DNA of 64,000 nucleotides from Blepharisma stoltei ATCC 30299. Its lineage: Eukaryota > Protista > Ciliophora. Of the stretch, positions 61,501-64,000 are shown one piece after another (the stretch's first letter is position 1; each line of letters starts with the position of its first letter). The stretch lies in contig CBFDEM010000057.1 of assembly GCA_965603825.1 (NCBI GenBank), forward strand, positions 558,001-622,000, written 5' to 3'. The notes under the pieces were generated by a model that was given only the letters and a program-made list of their open reading frames with translations, did not search any database and was not told the origin of the DNA. The translations under genes were made by a program, and so were the position numbers.

Positions 61501-64000
61501 TAAATCTGTAATAGGCTTAGGGAACGTCTCTGATGTAGATATTCAGGTCAGCATTCTCTCAGTAGATCCACGTGACATTGCAACAAGTGCTTCAATAATT
61601 CTAGGATCTATATTGTATCCATCAATTTCTTTGTCAGCTAATAATTCTTTTTTCATCTTCACAAATTGCACAGTTGCCATTTTCACAGAACTTCTTATAT
61701 TTAAATCACTTTGTTTTAGTGATACTTTTACTATCATTTTTGCAATATCAGGAGATATATTAATGGCTGGGATTGCAGCAAGCTGTTCAGTGATTCCTAA
61801 AAGCTTATTATTATCTTTTTGTATTACTGCCACGATAGCTGCCATTATCAAAGGATGAATTCCAAACTCGATTGCAATTTCTTTTATGGCAGATTCATCG
61901 CCTTGAGCTAAAGCAGTTGCGAGCTTATGGTTTATATCTAGCGATTTCGCTATTCCTCCAAGCGGAGTTTTAGAAAATACTTGTAAGGTTCTGTTTTCTC
62001 TACTAATTGTAGAAGTCTGTACTTGGCTTAAAGCTAGCCCAGCACATGCACTTTCTAATGTTGCACTCACATTCCCATTGAGTTTTTCTTTTACAGAGGT
62101 TTTTACCCTCTTGAAAATTTCTGAAGTCATAAAAGTGATTATTTTTACCTGGGCCAAGCAAAATGCTATTAACGTTGCAGCACCTGCACAGTAAGGCAAA
62201 AATATATCAGGGTTAAGCACTGCTCCTAATATAAACCACATTAATGCATTCACAAATAGCATCACAATAATTCCAGCAATAAATAATAACGCGAAATAAT
62301 GGGCAAATTGAGAAAGTTTTCTATATCCTGTAATCCCTGCTAGCAAGGTGTCTGCCCTGGCTGGGAAAACTTGATAGATGTAATATGTGTAAAGCTCAAC
62401 AATAGAAATTACTAATAAAATAGCCGACACTATTAGCATCACCCAAAGAATTGTTTCTAAGTATTCAAATTTTGACGGCATCAAATACCATGCACTTTTC
62501 ATATCAATTTTGGTCAGAATATAGTCAGGATTTCTTGCAGAAGTTTCAGCATGCTTTGTTTCTGTTAAAAGCGGAGTTAAAGATAGCGGCAATACTATCC
62601 ACACACACAAAATCACATGCAGAATGGCTACGCAGCAATCTGCACAATACCAACATTTCCCTAGAGGGCTAACATCTTTATCGCCTTCTTTATATACAAA
62701 TGCTGATAAATCTATCCTATATCGTCCTCCAGCTTTTAAATGGGTTATTTGTAGCCTCTCAAAAATACTCCCCATAGCGCCCATCGCTCTTTTAGTAATA
62801 GGAACAGCATCAGTCACCTGCTCAGCCCTGCAAAACTTCTCATACTCGCTTTGGAAATCTTTAACATAAATTACATCAGCATTAAATGGAGATAAATTGC
62901 ACCTCGACCTGACGAAAAAGCTTAAAGAGTCTTCATTTGGCATTTGTGCAGGCTTTCCAAGCTCAATTAATTCTTTTCTATTTTTAAAAAAGATTTTTCT
63001 GAAAACTTCAGTAGAGGTATCGTTGACAGTAAAAAATTCCATCTCAAGATCAGTGAATTTCTCTTTATTTTCTTTAAGATTTTTTTCGACATATCCTTTT
63101 GCAAAGCAGAATTCTTCATACTTTGACTTTACATCTACCAATTTTAATGTTTGTATCGGCACTTCTTCGCCTTCTGGTACTTCTTTTACAACTTTTTGTA
63201 AAAACAAAGACAATGAGTCTGCGTTTGATTGAGAACTTTGAGTTATTAGAATATCAGGAATTGCATAAGGAGGCAATAAGCAGCCCTCCCCAGGGACTTG
63301 GTCTTCCTCTTCTTTTCCTTCATTTCCTTCAACTTCTTCTTTTTCATTTTCGTTATTTTCGTTATTTTCATCATTTTCTTCATCATCTTCATCTAATTCG
63401 TTTAAAATTTCTTTGGCAGATCTATTATCTCTTATTCTTGTTTCCACTGTATTTCTGAGCACTAAAAACCTTCTTTTATGCTCTAATTTTCTCCATACAA
63501 TATCAGCGAGATTTTTTAGAAAAATGTAAAAGCCAAAAGCACCGCCAAGCCCACACACAAAGCCGAGAAACAAACTAATAGAAAGAGCAGCTAATAAAAA
63601 TGGGTTATCAGTGAGCTTAATAAGGTGTTTTGACAGCTGTAGGGTTTTTGTCCGAGAAAATTTGTATCAGTTGTCACTTGTTTTGCTTGTTTCCATTCAT
63701 ATGAGGAGGTCAGAATCTCTTGCTGACCACATGTCATAGAGTGTGTTATACATAGTGCTGATTGTGGAGTTGGTTAATTTTGTATTGGTTAAAGGGTAGC
63801 TTAAAGGAAGAATCCTTATGTTAATAGAATATATATCAGGGACTAGTAGTCCAAAAGATATTAATGACAGCCACCAAGGCTTCATTTGAGCATATGCCTC
63901 ATTTGTAGTAAAAAGCCATTTTCCATTATCTTCATAGATCCCAGGCATGTTCATAATTGCTAGCACGTCTTTGTTGATCCCTGCGTTAAATGTATCATTT
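55585..64000 (-). CDS. Giant (>2800 aa, 5'-partial) multi-pass membrane protein with helical repeats and a C-terminal EF-hand pair
   Basis: Six ORF pieces in one minus frame, separated only by TGA, ending at TAA 55585-55587. EF-hands DKDHSGELDFEE and DADGSGCMNVQE. TM segments at about 63480-63600, 62140-62660 and 55700-55820. Confidence 0.8.

Noticed and set aside
1-64000. Reading the many short ORFs as pseudogenes or a bacterial/Mycoplasma-like code-4 genome
   Set aside because: The fragments stay in one frame and break only at TGA. The genes are eukaryote-specific (CWC22, TAF8, GAA1, eEF1B) and carry spliceosomal introns.
1-64000. TGA as selenocysteine or cysteine
   Set aside because: TGA aligns with conserved Trp, not Cys, and interchanges with TGG between paralogs.

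Overview
AT-rich, gene-dense eukaryotic DNA, not prokaryotic. In-frame TGA codons fall repeatedly on invariant Trp residues, genes end only in TAA/TAG, and three 15-nt GT-AG introns are visible. This fits a heterotrich ciliate macronuclear genome, most like Blepharisma. Reading TGA as Trp joins the fragmented ORF track into about 25 genes. From left to right: a tandem pair of very large polycystin-1-like receptors (Cys-rich/LamG-like, REJ, GPS, TM) with a small UBA gene between them, a B-box/TPR gene with one frameshift, a SWEET transporter, a FYVE-CaaX protein and a P5B-ATPase. Next come a 2108-aa P4-ATPase/guanylyl cyclase fusion, TAF8, a WS/DGAT acyltransferase, NRDE2, a peroxisomal ABCD transporter, a kelch protein, an ExoIII/AP endonuclease and methylmalonyl-CoA epimerase. 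The right part holds an F-BAR/TBC protein, TcdA, CWC22, eEF1B, GAA1, and a mitochondrial LeuRS whose ATG lies 5 bp from a divergent mitochondrial helical-repeat gene. The window ends inside a >2800-aa membrane protein I cannot assign to a family; it has two winged-helix-like modules, a long helical repeat and EF-hands. No rRNA, tRNA, CRISPR array, telomere or intact transposon could be supported. All family calls come from motif recognition by eye; no database searches were run.
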